Counted from the stretch's first letter, positions 38,961-52,793 are shown. The stretch is DNA of 64,000 nt from Octopus vulgaris (GCA_951406725.2 OX597822.1:81964001-82028000), one strand, 5' to 3'. The notes: generated by a model from the sequence alone, not told the origin. Numbers and translations are program-made.

Positions 38961-39935
38961 CATCATCATCATCATCATCATCGTCGTTTAACGTCCACTT
39001 TTCAATGCTGGCATGGGTTGGATGGTTTGACTGAGGACTGGTGAACCAGAGGCTGCATCAAGATCAATCTGATCTGGCAAAGTTTCTACAGCTGGATACT
39101 CTTCCTAACACCAACCACTCCGAGAGTGTACTAGGTGCTTTTATGTGCCACTGCCATGAGGGCCAGTCAGGCAGTTCCGGAAATGACCATGATCAAAAGG
39201 TGTTTTTTACATGCTACTCACATGGGAGCCAGTGTGGTGACACTGGCAACGACCATGCTCAAATGGTGCATCTTACGTGCCACCGGCATGGGAGCCAATC
39301 TGTGGCCCTGGCAATGATCCCACTCGAAATTGCTTTTAATGTTCCATTGGCACGAGTGCCAATCAGGTGGTACTGTCATCAGCCATGTCAGCAATCTTGA
39401 TTTTGATTTCATTTGCCTCAATAGGTCTTCACAAGCAAAGTTTATTGTCCAATGAATGAGGGGTACTCATAAGTGAGCTGGTTACACCCACTGACATAGG
39501 CCACAGGTTATGGTCTCACTTGGCTTGTCAGATCTTCTCAAGCACAGCATATCTCCAAAGGTCTCGGTCACTAGTCATTGCCTCGGTAAGGCCCAATGTT
39601 CGAAGGTTGTACTTCACCACTTCATCCCAGGTTTTCCTGGGTCTACCTCTTCCACAGGTTCCCTCAACTGCTAGCATGTGACACTTTTTCACACAGCTGT
39701 CCTCATCCATTTGCAACAAATGACCATTCCAGTGCAGTCATCTCTATTGCACACCAAATCTGATGCTTCTTAAATCCAACTTTTCTTTCAGGGCACTTAC
39801 ACACTGTTGTGTATCCACACTGACATTACACATCCAGCAGAGCATACTGGCTTCATTCCTTGCAAGCTTATGCACGTCCTCAGCAGTCACGGCCCATGTT
39901 TCACTGCCATGTAGCATGGCTATTCGTCCACATGC
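38961..39935 (-). mobile_element. RTE-clade LINE 3' end (ORF C-terminus, 3' UTR, (GAT)n tail)
   Basis: AMLHGSETWAVT...RNEASMLCWMCNV and VEGTCGRGRPRKTWDEVV...DRDLWR motifs. Its 3' UTR is the source of ~20 truncated tails in the window (e.g. 12805-12990, 24030-24240, 32510-32700, 36490-36684, 42885-43165, 50475-50770, 55498-56068, 63405-63775). Confidence 0.9.
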
Positions 39936-40469
39936 ATCCAGGTATACATCCAATGTAATGACCATCATCATCATCGTTTTCATCTCCACTCTCCCTCCAT
40001 ACTCTCATGGTTTGGGTAGAACTTGTTAAAGCACTCTTTCTACAGCTGGATGCCTTTCCTGTTGCCAACCCTCACCTAATTCCAAGCAAAGTGTTACTTT
40101 CTCATGACCAGACATGTCTTCATGGAAGATTGGAAAGAGAGGAGACTGCTGGCATGACTGACGCTCACTCACAACTATCACATGAAGTTAAAGCAAGGAC
40201 ACAGTAACACACACGTACATGTGACAAGCTTGTTTTAAAGAAATTTGGCTCTTATATCTAGCTGATCAATCAACCATGCAGAAGCTTCATTAATAGCAAA
40301 ATGTAATTTGAAAGAGAATTGATTGCTATTCTTAACAGCTTGTTGCACATGGATGTGACATGTGTAAGACAATGGAGATGTGTGTGTTAATAGCAAGGAA
40401 AGCAGTATTAGTTCAAAATAGCAATCTGTACATCATACTTAAAGCAGATGTATCCTTGCTGAAGGCCAG

Positions 40470-40961
40470 CTAAACTGCAGTATTTGTCTCAAGAAGGCAT
40501 CTCTTGTACACCTATTACATTCCAAAATACAGAAATATATCAGCAGCAGACAAAATGTCCAGTAAAAGCAGGAGCATGGTTAAATATGTATTTCTGCATT
40601 CTTGAGCTCTGTCCGTAGCAAGTATCCATTAGCAACTACATGCTAAGTAAACATCAGCAGCTGATACAGTTAAACAATGATTAAGAAGTCACTGATGTCA
40701 AATTTTTCATCCTGACAGCAACATTCAACAGTAATTTTTCAATCACTATTTAACTATACCAGTTAGAGGTTGATCTTCACTTAGCATGCAGTGTTAGTGG
40801 ATGTTTGCTTCTGACAAAGCTCAAAGACGCAGAAATACATATTTATCAATGCTTCTGTTACTGCTTGGCAATTTTCATTTGCTGCTGTTGTAATTCTGTT
40901 TTGTTTTTTTCTAACACCACATGTCTATAAGATGTGCTTTGAGGCAAATACCACAATTCAG
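40470..40961. repeat. degenerate ~490-bp palindrome (foldback element)
   Basis: Arms ~40470-40697 and ~40725-40961 are reverse complements (e.g. aaatatgtatttctgc / gcagaaatacatattt), with a ~30-bp spacer. Confidence 0.75.
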
Positions 40962-41087
40962 AAGGTTTTATATCTTTTTCCAGTACGATACATAGATTTC
41001 TCTCTCTCTCTCTCTCTCAATATTGATACATATAAACAAACACATGCTCAAATATGTGTTCCTAGTTAACATTAAATCAATCTAGAG

Positions 41088-41334
41088 CAGTAGTTCCCAA
41101 GATTTTTCAGGCTGCCACCCCCTTGGCACCCAGGCCTCATTCCTAACACCCCCTCACCCTCCCCACCACAAATATAGACCACTTTCTGCAGCAAATTCAA
41201 AGCACCTGTATTTCACTAATAAAGCTTAAACCTAATTAGGCTATGAATATTTTTTTATATCGATCAGCCCATTATCATCCCACTTTTCTGCAATACCTCC
41301 TAGATCTTTCCACTGCCCACTTTGGGAACCACTA
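41088..41334. mobile_element. hAT (Charlie-type) MITE
   Basis: TIR CAGTAGTTCCCAA...TTGGGAACCACTA; perfect 8-bp TSD ATCTAGAG at 41080-41087 and 41335-41342. Confidence 0.85.
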
Positions 41335-42552
41335 ATCTAGAGGAACGGCTGTGAGTTCAGAAGTTTGCTTCTCAATGCCGTGAATCTAGGCTTGATCTTA
41401 TTGCATGGCACCTTGGTCGAGTGTCTTCCTCTGTAGACTTGTATTTACCAATACCTGTGAGTGGAATTTGGTAGATGGAAACTACCATTATATATTGACC
41501 CTAATTAAGGTCATAAACCAATGGAGCCATCGGCGCCTGGGACAGAAGATTTAGCAGGTCCAAATATTCTACCTGCTTTATGTTCAAACCGGCCAGATCC
41601 AGTCTTTCACACCTACCCAACAATGCCATTCTAGAAATATACAATCACATCATCAAAATCTTAAAGTTCCAAAATAATGCATGATTAATTTAAAGCAATG
41701 TGTAAAAAAATAAGAATTATATTTAACAGAGTACTCCGAAAGCTAAAGGGTCATACACCAAGATGACCTGAGACATCAAGTCATCTTGACACCAAGATGA
41801 CTTAATGACATGGAAAATGCAGCGGGATTTGAAAAGACGGTGATAATGTTTGAATGCTTACACTACATGTTTGCTCTACGTACTGTGTCGACTTTAAAAC
41901 TGGGAAGTACAGTATCAGCTGCTCAGTTACTGTATGGCCTATTTTTTTCTATATTTATATAACTCTGAAAGTGCATAATGAATTTATCCACCCCAAGAAA
42001 TCTGTCAGTATTTTGGTGCTCTCTGCCAAAAACTCACATGAAAAATATCCTGAGAGGGTAACAGGAAATCTGAAAGAATTTCGTGCTTTTCAAACACAAA
42101 CCAGAATAATAAATAAGATACATTAATACAAGTATTTAAAGAGATGCTCTGGGGCAATTTCTGTTTCTATGAATCAATGAGGGAGCCTGTACATGATTAC
42201 TGAATCTACTAGAAATTGCAACTAAATCTCCTTTAAATTCCTGAATACCATTTTGAAAAGAGAAACACTGTTTGATATAGTCCAAAATATGCAATGCTTG
42301 AGAAGATGAGATTGTCAATCATGTCTAACCTAGAGCAAAACAACAATGTTATTTCTTTAAAAACTCTTCAGAAATCAACTAATTGTAACCACACAGTATT
42401 TCCTCCCACCTCACGCCTCCATTTTTACCATTCTTACATCCATAAGAAAATGACAATTTTTTTGCTGTCACAAAGCAGTTCTTTCTTGGTGCTATTTTTT
42501 ACATGTTTTTCTTTTTGTGCATAATTGTTGCTGGATTTACTTACAGTTCAAG

Positions 42553-43760
42553 ATGTCTAGAAAGAAGCCATCAAATGGAAGTGAAGACAAAAATGGGGGA
42601 AAGGTCCATAAAAAAATTACATTGGGTATTAAGCTTCATGTTTTGGAAAGGCTTGATGTGGGGAGAAAAAACAAAACAACCTCATTGCCAAAACATCGGA
42701 ACTTACTACCTGAGAACAATAGTGAGAAAATAAAGTCAAGTTCTAAAGAAATTATCCTTCAACTACTCAGACTTTATTTTTTTTTTATAGATCTGATGAA
42801 TGGATGGCTTGGGGTATTTATTATGGGCCAATGATCAGGTTTTGGGCATTACTTTTATAAGTGCAATGGTAATTAAATAAAATCATCATAATCATCATTT
42901 AATGCCCACTTTCCATGCTGGCATGTGTTGGACGGTTTGACTGCGGCTGCACCAGGCTCCAATCTGATCTGACAAGGTTTCTACAGCTGGATGCCCTTCC
43001 TAACACCAAGCACTCCAAGAGTGTAGTGGGTGCTTTTTACGTGCCACTGCTACGAGGGCCAGTCAGGCGGTTCTGGCAACAACCACACTCAAAAGGTGGT
43101 TTTTACATGCTACCTGCACGGGAACCAGTCCAGCAGCACTGGAAATGACCATGCTCAAATGTTGAATAGACAAAAAAGAAAAGGCCAAAAAGTTACATGG
43201 TGATTTGTAGAAAAGGGAAGATAAAACTTCCAGTGAAACTCTTTTCTAACTGAAAAAAGTATGGTTTGAAAGCGCTTGAGTTTGCACAACATAGAAAGTA
43301 CTTATGAATCTGGCTGATACTTATTATCCCGAAAAGCTGAAGAAAATAATTGCTGGAGGAGACAAAGCACTAAAACAAGTGTACAATGTTATTACAACTG
43401 CATTAAGTCCCTATCCAGGTAGAATTTTGTATATTCGAGGGCTTTCCAGACTTACACAAACTTTAATTGGCCTCTAATTTCATATTCAGCAAAGAAGATA
43501 TTGATGATTAAGAGACATTTTGAAGAGTGATTTACAAAGAGTATTTGTCCAACTGTAGAAAGGTATGATGCCATGTAGAATAGTTCCAACAAATCATTTC
43601 TATTTTTAGACCATTCATCTAACCACTTAAATGAGTTTTTTTGATAATGTGAGAGTAGAATATATCTCTAAGAATATACAACTTGCTTATAGGAGAAAGT
43701 GAAGCCTTCATAATAATCTACCATCGTGAATGTTATGATGAGTAAATTTAAACATTTTGA
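42553..43760 (+). pseudogene. Tigger/pogo transposase relic
   Basis: MSRKKPSNGSEDKNGGKVHKKITLGIKLHVLERLDVG (CENP-B-type N-terminal HTH), later YPEKLKKIIAGG..KQVYNV and FLDHSSNH; many disruptions; RTE tail inserted at ~42885-43165. Confidence 0.65.
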
Positions 43761-44171
43761 AGCAGCAAAAGACCTTAGTAAAAATTACAAAGCTGAAACA
43801 ATGAGCCAGTGAGTGTCTTTTACATCAAAGGTTGTGATGTTTTAATACAGACTTATCCATGTGAAAGCCTGTCCAGCAATAATGGAGTGAACGTGTGAGC
43901 AATATATACACGCTGATTAAAGCAGAACCCTAAAATCCACATGCAACACAAAGCAGTATGCAAATTAGAAGAACTATTATTTGTACAAATTAACAAAATA
44001 CAAATGCATTTACTAAACGAAGCAAAGTCACCAAACTCAGTTCGATACCAAGTCAGAACAGAACTGAATAAGAGCAATGTAACTATGGTATTTTTAACTG
44101 TGGCACCCACATGGGTGCATGAAGCCCTAAAGCATCCTTCTGGTGGACCTCAATAGTCTTCTCTCTACAAA

Positions 44172-44585
44172 TTCTTTTATTCTTTTACTTGTTTCAGTCA
44201 TTTGACTGCAGCCATGCTGGAGCATCGCCTTTAGTTGAGCAAATCAACCCCAGGACTTATTCTTTGTATGTCTGCTACTTATTCTATCAGTCTCCTTTGT
44301 CAAACTGCTAAGTTACGGGGATGTAAACACACCTGCATCGGTTGTCAAGCGATGTTGGGGGGACAAACACAGACACACAAACATATACACGCATACACAC
44401 ACACACACACATATATATATATGATAGGCTTCTTTCAGTTTCTGTGTACCAAATCCACTCACAAGGCTTTGGTCGACCCAAAGCTATAGTAGAAGACACG
44501 TGCCCAAGGTGCCATGCAGTGGGACTGAACCCAGAACCATGTGGTCAGTAAGCAAGCTACTTACCACACAGCCATTCCTGCACCT
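44172..44585 (-). mobile_element. full-length tRNA-derived SINE (family A)
   Basis: Complete head, body, microsatellite and tail, matching the other family A copies. Confidence 0.85.
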
Positions 44586-45119
44586 AAAAGTTTTTCTTGT
44601 TTTACGTGTTTTGGTGCAGCCCCCAAAAAAATCTAAGTCTACATAGTCACTGGGCCTGCTAGAAATACCTACTAAATCCCCTCAAATCAGAAGCTCCTGA
44701 CTTAAACAGTGGAACATCACTTTGGGTGCTCTGAGTCTAAAATTAGCTCAGGATGGTCATGACTGGATTACCTATAGGTCTGCTGCAAAGCAGACTGACT
44801 TGTGGCCAAACAACAAAAACAACAAACCTTCACCTGAAGATAATTCTTTTCATCAAAGACAGACAAATCTGTCTTTGATGAAAAGAGATTCCATTGGAGA
44901 TGGTTGTTCCAGGAGTTGCTAAGCTTCACGTAATAGAGAGATTCCATTCACAGTCTATGTTGGCTATGTTGTTATTTATTACAACCAAATCATACCTGAC
45001 AAGCAAAAGGGTAAAGAAGAGGTTCCAGCCATGACCATCCTGTCTTTTTCATTATCAAAGCATACATTTCGTTTTGGGATTTGGTTTGCAAGATTCTTTA
45101 TGTGAATTTGTGTGTTGAA

Positions 45120-45272
45120 GCATATTTTGGTGTGTCTGGGGAGAGTCATTCTCTTTTGGTGCCTTATTATAGGAAAAATAAATAAGTAAATGAGTGGAAA
45201 TTTTATCAGTGTGTGTATTAAATAATAAGGCACAAAAAGAGAATGACTCTTCCCAGACACAACAGAGCATAC
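45120..45272. repeat. ~50-bp-arm inverted repeat in a dispersed repeat
   Basis: tgtgtctggggagagtcattctcttttggtgccttatt versus aataaggcacaaaaagagaatgactcttcccagacaca; flanking sequence is shared with ~27935-28060. Confidence 0.75.
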
Positions 45273-45640
45273 ATTATAATCCTTCTTTATTTAACGTGTT
45301 AAGTTTGACTTGGCTGCTATTTCTAGCCTGTTGAACAGCCATGTCGAACGTCTATTATCAACTCCGTATCTCAATATTGGTTTATAAATGGTAGACAAGA
45401 TAAGCTAAGAAACAGAACTGAAGATGAGAAACGGTAACTGCTACTGAACAATGGCATTGGGCTTCATTTTGGAAAACAGTAGAAATAGTTACACAGACAA
45501 TGAGTAATGAGTGATGACTAAACACTGATTGTAATATTTGCATCAGCTGGTTTTAACAAAATATTTTCAGAGGTGAATGTTTAGCTGGCTGCGTTATGAG
45601 GCTAATTAATAATTTCCACTCACATTGGCTCACTATTCAC

Positions 45641-45667
45641 ACACACACACACACTTAAGTGTATGAA

Positions 45668-45732
<65 letters not shown>

Positions 45733-45747
45733 ATATATATATGTATG

Positions 45748-45794
<47 letters not shown>

Positions 45795-45818
45795 ATATAT
45801 ATATATATATATACACAC
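45641..45818. repeat. (CA)/(TG)/(TA)n compound microsatellite
   Basis: Direct inspection; explains the YI-repeat ORFs. Confidence 0.95.
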
Positions 45819-46222
45819 AAAAACAGTGGTTTTGTTTATGCTTAGAACAAATACGCTGAGTTCCAATTTGTACTCGTTATCTTGCCTCGGGAGAGGAATG
45901 CCTTAATTAATGAGTATCTGGTGGCCTGGATGAGACCTGTACACACAAGCAGAGCTACATAAGTATACACACACTAACATATATACATATATGTACACTT
46001 ACATATTATTTACATACATATAAGATTAAAGTATGTGTGTGTGTGCAGGTGGAGCTGCGTGGTAAGACATTTGTTTGGCAACCACAGGGTTATGGGTTCA
46101 GTCCCACAGCATGGCATGTTGGGCATGTTAGTAGTATATTCTCTACTATAGCCTCAGGCTGACCAAAGCTTTGTGATTGGACTTAGTAGGTGGAAACTGA
46201 AAGGAGCCCATACTGTATATAG

Positions 46223-46937
46223 TGAAGGCACATGGCTTAGTGGTTAGGGCATTCAACTCACGATCGTAAAGTTCTGAGTTCAATTCCTGGCAACACATTG
46301 AGTCCTTCAGCAAGGCACTTTATTTCATGTTGCTCCAGTCCACTCAGCTGGCAAAAATGAGTTGTACCTCTATTTCAAAGGGACAGCCTTGTCACACTCT
46401 GTGTCATGCTGAATATCACCGAGAACTACGTGAAAGGTACACGTGTCTATGGAGTGCTCAGCCACCTGCACATTAATTTCAGGAGCAGGCTGTTCTGTTG
46501 ATGGAATCAACTGGAACCCTCGTCGTTGTAACAGAGTGCTCCATTTATAGCGGCACACCATTGGCTATGATGACGAGGGTTCCAACAGATCTGATCTACG
46601 GAACAGCTTGCTCGTGAAATGAACCTGCAAGTGGATGAGCATTCCACAAACACGTGTACCCTTAATGTAGTTCTCGGGGAGATTCAGAGTGACAGATAGT
46701 GCAGAAAGTGACAGAAAGCTGGCCCTTTGAAATACAGGTACAACAGAAACAGGAAGAAAGAGTGAAAGTTGTGGTGAAAGAATACAGCAGAGCTCACCCC
46801 CGCCCCCTGCCAGAACCTCATGGAGCTTTATGTGTTTTCGCTCAATAAATACTCACAATGCCTGGTCTGGGGATCGAAGCCATGATCCTATGACCATGAG
46901 TCCGCTACCCTAACCACTGGGCCATTGCGCCTCCACA
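46223..46937. mobile_element. tail-to-tail pair of family D-type SINEs nested in a family A SINE
   Basis: Plus copy 46223-46541 and minus copy 46557-46937 share ~190 bp of 3' sequence; host SINE halves at ~46045-46215 and 46940-47145. Confidence 0.8.
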
Positions 46938-47241
46938 CTATATGCGTGTGTGTGTGTGTGTGTCAGTGTTTGGTTATCAAGCAGTGATGGGAGATGGTAT
47001 GTTTATGTTCCCATAACTTAGCAATTTGCCAAAAGAGACTGACTGAATATGTACCAGGCTTAAAAACAAATAACTCCTGGTACAAAAATTCCTCTAGGTG
47101 ATGCCCCAGCATGGCCACAGTCTAATGACTGAAACCAGTAAAAGGTAGAATTATTTTGTCACTGCCTCCCCTTATTGGTTCTTATTTAGAGTTCTAGATG
47201 GATCAGGGGCCAGGTCTTGCTGATGTATCCCCACAGGGAAC

Positions 47242-47279
<38 letters not shown>

Positions 47280-47525
47280 AATGAAAAGCAGAGAGCAAGG
47301 GAAATGAAAGTAATATAAAAGAGGTATGGTAACTGTATATTTGCTGATTAGAGAAAGAGAGAGTATGACTGATGGATTGTAATAGATGTGTATGGTGGTA
47401 AGAGGAAGTGATGGGTGTCAGTAATGAGTAACCCAAGGCAGGGGGAGTGATGGCTAGCATTAGAGAAGTGTGTGAGTATAAAGACTACAGTTCTAATACA
47501 ATCATTGCTAAATAGATATCATTAT

Positions 47526-47570
<45 letters not shown>

Positions 47571-48964
47571 GAAAGAGGGAGAGAGAGAAGGGGGAAGAAA
47601 GAGGGAGAGGTAGAGAGAGAGAGAGAAGGTGACAAGCTGGCAGAATCGTTAGCATGTTGGGTGAAATGCTGCTACGTTCTGAGTTCAAATTCCGCCAAGG
47701 TCGACTTTGCCTGCCATCCTTTCAGGGTCGATAAATTAAGTACCAGTGAAACATTGGGGTCAATGTAATTGACTGGTCCCCTCCCCCAAATTTCAGAACT
47801 TGTGCCTATAGTAGAAAGGATTCATCATCATCATCATCAGCATTTAACATCCGTTTTCTATGCTAGCATGGGTTGGACGGTTTTGACCGAGGGCTGGCAA
47901 CCAGATGGCTTTGACTGAGTTTGTGAGAGAGAAAGAGAGGAGTCTGATCCAAATGCATTTTCTTGTTAGCATTAATAACGATAGATTAAGATTTAATAAG
48001 ATGTAGCAGAAACACTGTCAGAGTCCCAAATGCCACATAGAAATTGAACCCCAAATCACTACATTCAGGTGTGAAAGTACTTGTAAACAGTAAAACCGGA
48101 TCTTGTCTGGGACAGATGATATCAGCAAGCAACCAGCCATTCAAGTTCTTAATAAACAGAAACACATTAAGAACTTATTTTCTATCTTTATTAAATAGGT
48201 TAAGCATCAAAGTTGTAAAGAACTTAACCATTTTGGAATAAACAACAAATTAGAATGTCATTAACAATTTTGTCTTTGATGCCTTTTCTTTGACACCCCA
48301 TTAAGTATATATATTATCTTATAATGTCCATGTTGCATACTGGAATGGGTTGGACAGTTTGACAGGCGCTGGCAAGGCTGGAAAGCTGCACCAGACCCCA
48401 TTTGCCTGTTCTGGCATGGTTTCTATGGCTGGATGCCCTTCCTAATGCCAACTACTTTAGAGAATAAATATACTGGATACTTTTTATGTGGCACTAGCGC
48501 TGGTGTTTTTTATGTGACACAAACACCCATGATACACACATTGACCAGTGGCCAAGCACAGTGAAAGCCAATGGAATTCAATGACTAATACAATCTACTA
48601 TTATTACAAACATACACATCACAAGTGGCCCCAAACAAACTGACTTACTAGGTGTCAATATCATTTTCCTGTTGTCATCATAATCACAAAAGTTTTTTCT
48701 GTAACAAATAATAATTATTTTTAGATTTGGATTTCACACAGATTTTTGCCTTTCTGTCGGCCAACCAAATAATTTGTCACTACAAGGAATATAATGGGTG
48801 CAAAACCCCGATGTAGCCACACCCATACATTCCATCCTTCATCACCAGCACCATTTTAACATTTGTTCTTTCTATATTTAATATAATGAAATTATTGTAT
48901 ACAGTGCTCAGGTGCACCACAGCTGCTCAGATGCATCACAACTGCTCAGGTGCACCATAATTTG

Positions 48965-49870
48965 TGTCGATAGACAAGACTTCTCCAGCCCCATTTGATA
49001 CCAAACATAGTTTCATTCCCTTTATAAGTGCTCAGCCCTTCTTTAAACAGCTGTTATCCTCCATTCACATTGCGATACACATTATATCTAATTAACCTCA
49101 CACCCAGTTTTTCTCTCAGCCCATCTGTACTTCAAGGTTAATACACACATTACACACCCAGAAAAACATTTTTGCTTCATTTCTTTCTCATCTTTGCAAG
49201 TCCAGTGCATTCAAGGACCATGTCTCACGGCCATGCAACATCACATTTTTCATACAAGCATAATGCAATTTGGCTTTCATTCCGAGGGAGAAGCCTTTTG
49301 TTGCCAACAGACGTAAATGTTTACTGAACTTTTTCCAATCCACTGAATTTTTGACTAAACTGTGGTTACAACACTTTCTAAACACCCACTCTCACAACTA
49401 ATCATGTTTCATACATATCAGAAACTATCAATTACTTCTAGGATGCTGTCTAGACATTTTAGAAAATCTATTTTCCAAATGTACTTAATTCTTGTTGCTC
49501 CAGTGCATCTGCTGCATATAAAAATCTACCTTCTTTGTTAGTTTGCAGGTGGGCCCACCACAACCATCATCTTTGAATGGTAAACCATACAAAATTTCTA
49601 GCGACTCCTTTTTTGCTTACTAAGCATAACAATTTCCCTGATGACATTAGGGGCCCCCGTCTTCTTCCTTCTTATTTATTATAACTATTGTCTTTGTTAA
49701 GTTAACTTTAAGAATCTTCAGTTCCAGGTTTTGTTTCCATGTCTGGAATTTCTGCTAAAGATCTATGAGAGTTACTGCATTAAAGGGTTCCCATAAACAG
49801 CTAGTCTTAGATTCTCCCATACTGGATTGGAGGGTTATAATAAACAAGAGGTTGGTAACTGTGCCTTAAG
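48965..49870 (-). mobile_element. degenerate RTE reverse-transcriptase fragment
   Basis: WKKFSKHLRLLATKGFSLGMKAKLHYACMKNVMLHGRETWSL, with upstream ETWKQNLELKILKVNLTKT and LLFIITL; frameshifts and stops. Confidence 0.75.
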
Positions 49871-51492
49871 GCTTTCTTTAGGCTGATGAATGCTAAACGT
49901 TGGAGCTTACCCCTAAGTTGTTCTCTTATAGTTGTCTAAGAATACAGCATCCTCTTCCTGGCATCTCATCTAGGTTAATCCTATTCCAAATCAATTTTGT
50001 AATAACTTCTGTAACTTCCATTACCTCGTTCAGTAGTTTATAATAATATTATCATATTAGTCATTAGGTATTCCACCATTATTTGATTGGTGTGGAAACT
50101 GGAAGGATTGGGGAGCATTCTGTTTGAAAGGGGGTTTAGGAGGGGCCATGTCAACATGATGTCAGTGTAATAGCTTCAGATAACATAAGATGTTTGGCAC
50201 CATTTTAAAGAAGTGATGACAAGAGCCCAAAAAAGTCAGTGACCTTGCAGATTGGCATTCAAAGCAGCAAGTGCAGACTGGACAGCCAGGTTTGTGAGGT
50301 GCTGGACTGATGGACTGGTTAAGTTTTATTGTTGTCTGGTTCAGTGTGGATCTCCAGGTGTGTACTGGGGGTGGGATGAGGTCACAAACAGGAAAACTAG
50401 TCTTACATAGAAATATATAGGAATAAGTTATTCCTGAATGGTTGGGAATTGGTGGCAATTTACGTACAGAAGCTCATCATCATCATCGCCGTCGTTTAAC
50501 ATCCGCTTTCCATGCTGGCATGGGTTGGACTGTTGGACTGAGGACTGGTGAGCCAGAAGGCTGCACCAGGTTCCAATCTGATTTAGCAAGTTTTCTACAA
50601 CTGGATGCCCTTCCTAACGCCAACCACTCCAAGAGTGTAGTGGGTGCTTTTACATACCACCGGCATGAGGGTCAGTCAGGTGGTTCTGGCAACAACCATA
50701 TTCAGAAGGTGTTTTTTACGTGCTACCTGCACAGCAGCACTGGCAACGACCACGCTTGAATGTTGTTTTTCCACATCTATTATGTTGAACTGTTGTATGT
50801 CCAAATTTGGCCAAATGTGTTGTTTCCAATATTTATTTTTGCTTGCAACAGCTGGTTATTTTGGTCAAACTATCGTATCTTTAGCTGCTTCAGATGCCAA
50901 GATATCAAAAACTGTCAAAGTGTAATGCAACAGTTTTGCTATGGAATGGTGAAACTATTTTTTCACTTTCTGTAAAAGCAACATATTGGATTCACGACAC
51001 TTTTGCATAATAGCAATGCTGTATACAGTTATCTAAAGGCCAGGTCTTTCCTCAGCATTCCTCAAGTCAGATCACTGCATTTCACTGGCGTATCTGCTGC
51101 CTACAGTCTCTCTCTGTCAAGGGCTTGGAATATCAAGGCTGATGATACTCAACCCTACACAGAGGCTGTAGCATTGGCAGAAATTCCTGAAAGGTGATCA
51201 GGTATTGTCAGCCTTTGTCAGACATATTCTTCCTCATCGTTTTGATGGAACTGCAGTCGTGAGTCAAGTCAAACAAACCCAAAGAATAGGCACCTGACAT
51301 CTTTGCTGTTGTTAGGTGCTCACAGCTCTCTAATGTGGCCAGTAGCAGCTCTCTAATGTGGTGAAGAAGAATCATGACATTCTCAAAAACCTTTGGGTAT
51401 CAATGAGAATGAAGGCCAATGCTGGAGGAAACTTCAATTTCAGTTGTGAAGACCCAAGAAAATGAGTGCAGAGAAGGTTTTTTTTAAAAATA

Positions 51493-51778
51493 CAGTTCTA
51501 TATTTAAGAAATGAGGAATTATGTACATTATTTACATTATTTACATTTGACAGATTTTTGTCCTCATCTTGTTTGTTGTTAACACAGTGTTTTGGCTGAT
51601 ATACCCTCCAGCCTTCATCAGGTGTCTTGGGGAAATTTCGAACCTGGGTTCTCATTCCTAAGGTATTTTTTGGATAATATTATTATTATTATTATTATAA
51701 TTATTATTATTCAGGTCACTGCCTGGAATTGAACTCGGAATCTTGGGGTTAGTAGCCCATGCTCTTAACCACTACGCC

Positions 51779-51841
<63 letters not shown>

Positions 51842-51993
51842 TAATAATAACAACATTAGGAAAAATAGGAATGAGAACCCAGGTTTGAAATTTCCCCAAG
51901 ACACCTGATGAAGGCTGGAGGATATATCAGCCAAAATGTTGTGTTAACAACAAACAAGATGAGAACAAATATCCGTCAAATGTTAATAATGTA
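51493..51993. mobile_element. inverted-dimer tRNA-head/hammerhead element, locus 2
   Basis: Same family; minus arm includes most of the tRNA-like head, central (AAT)n ~51781-51850, plus arm with CTGATGA at 51905-51911. Confidence 0.85.
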
Positions 51994-52414
51994 TTTTTTT
52001 TAATGTTTTTATGCTATTTTGTTTTTTCATTTTACCTCCCACATTAGTGATCTGGCATCTAATTCTGTGTTCCTTTATGTCTCTCTTCCTTTTCCTGTCA
52101 TATTATCTCGTGGTAGTGGATGGGTTATTAAATTTCAAGCAGGGGTGATGGTGGTGTAGTTCTTAACTCCTGAAATCCCTGGCATTTCAGGCCAAAGATT
52201 AACTCTACAAGCACAGGAATTTCAAATGTTTCCATAATCCCTGCAGAGCAATGAACCTCAATGCAATTGTTGTTGTTGTTATTGTTCAGTCCTGTGATGA
52301 ACTTTGATGTAACAAACTTATCTAAAATATTCCAGCCATGGCTATCCTGTAATTTTAGAGGTATCTATAGATTACATCATTTAATATATAGATACCTCTA
52401 ATATATACTATATG

Positions 52415-52793
52415 TGGAGGTGCAATGGCCCAGTGGTTAGGGCAGCAGACTCATGGTTGTAGGATCACGGTTTCGATCCCCAGACCAGGCGTTGTCAGTG
52501 TTTATTGAGCGAAAACACAAAGCTCCATGAGGTTCTGGCAGGGGGCGGTGGTGAGCTCTGCTGTATTCTTTCACCACAACTTTCTCTCACTCTTTCTTCC
52601 TGTTTCTGTTGTACCTGTATTTCAAAGGGCCAGCCTTGTTACACTTTGTGTCACTCTGAATCTCCCCGAGAACTACGTTAAGGGTACACGTGTCAGTGGA
52701 ATGCTCTGCCACTTGAACCTTAATTTCACAAGCAGGCTGTTCCATTAATCGGATCAACTGGAACCCTCGTCGTCATAACCGACAGAGTACCAC
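52415..52793 (+). mobile_element. tRNA-derived SINE (family D)
   Basis: TGGCCCAGTGG A box, GGTTTCGATCCC B box, tail ...GAACCCTCGTCGTCATAACCGAC; related copies at ~15950-16220 and 37725-37980. Confidence 0.85.

Noticed and set aside
45620-45906. Overlapping YI/CV-repeat ORFs (similar ones at 47472-47768 and 57028-58136)
   Set aside because: Microsatellite translations.
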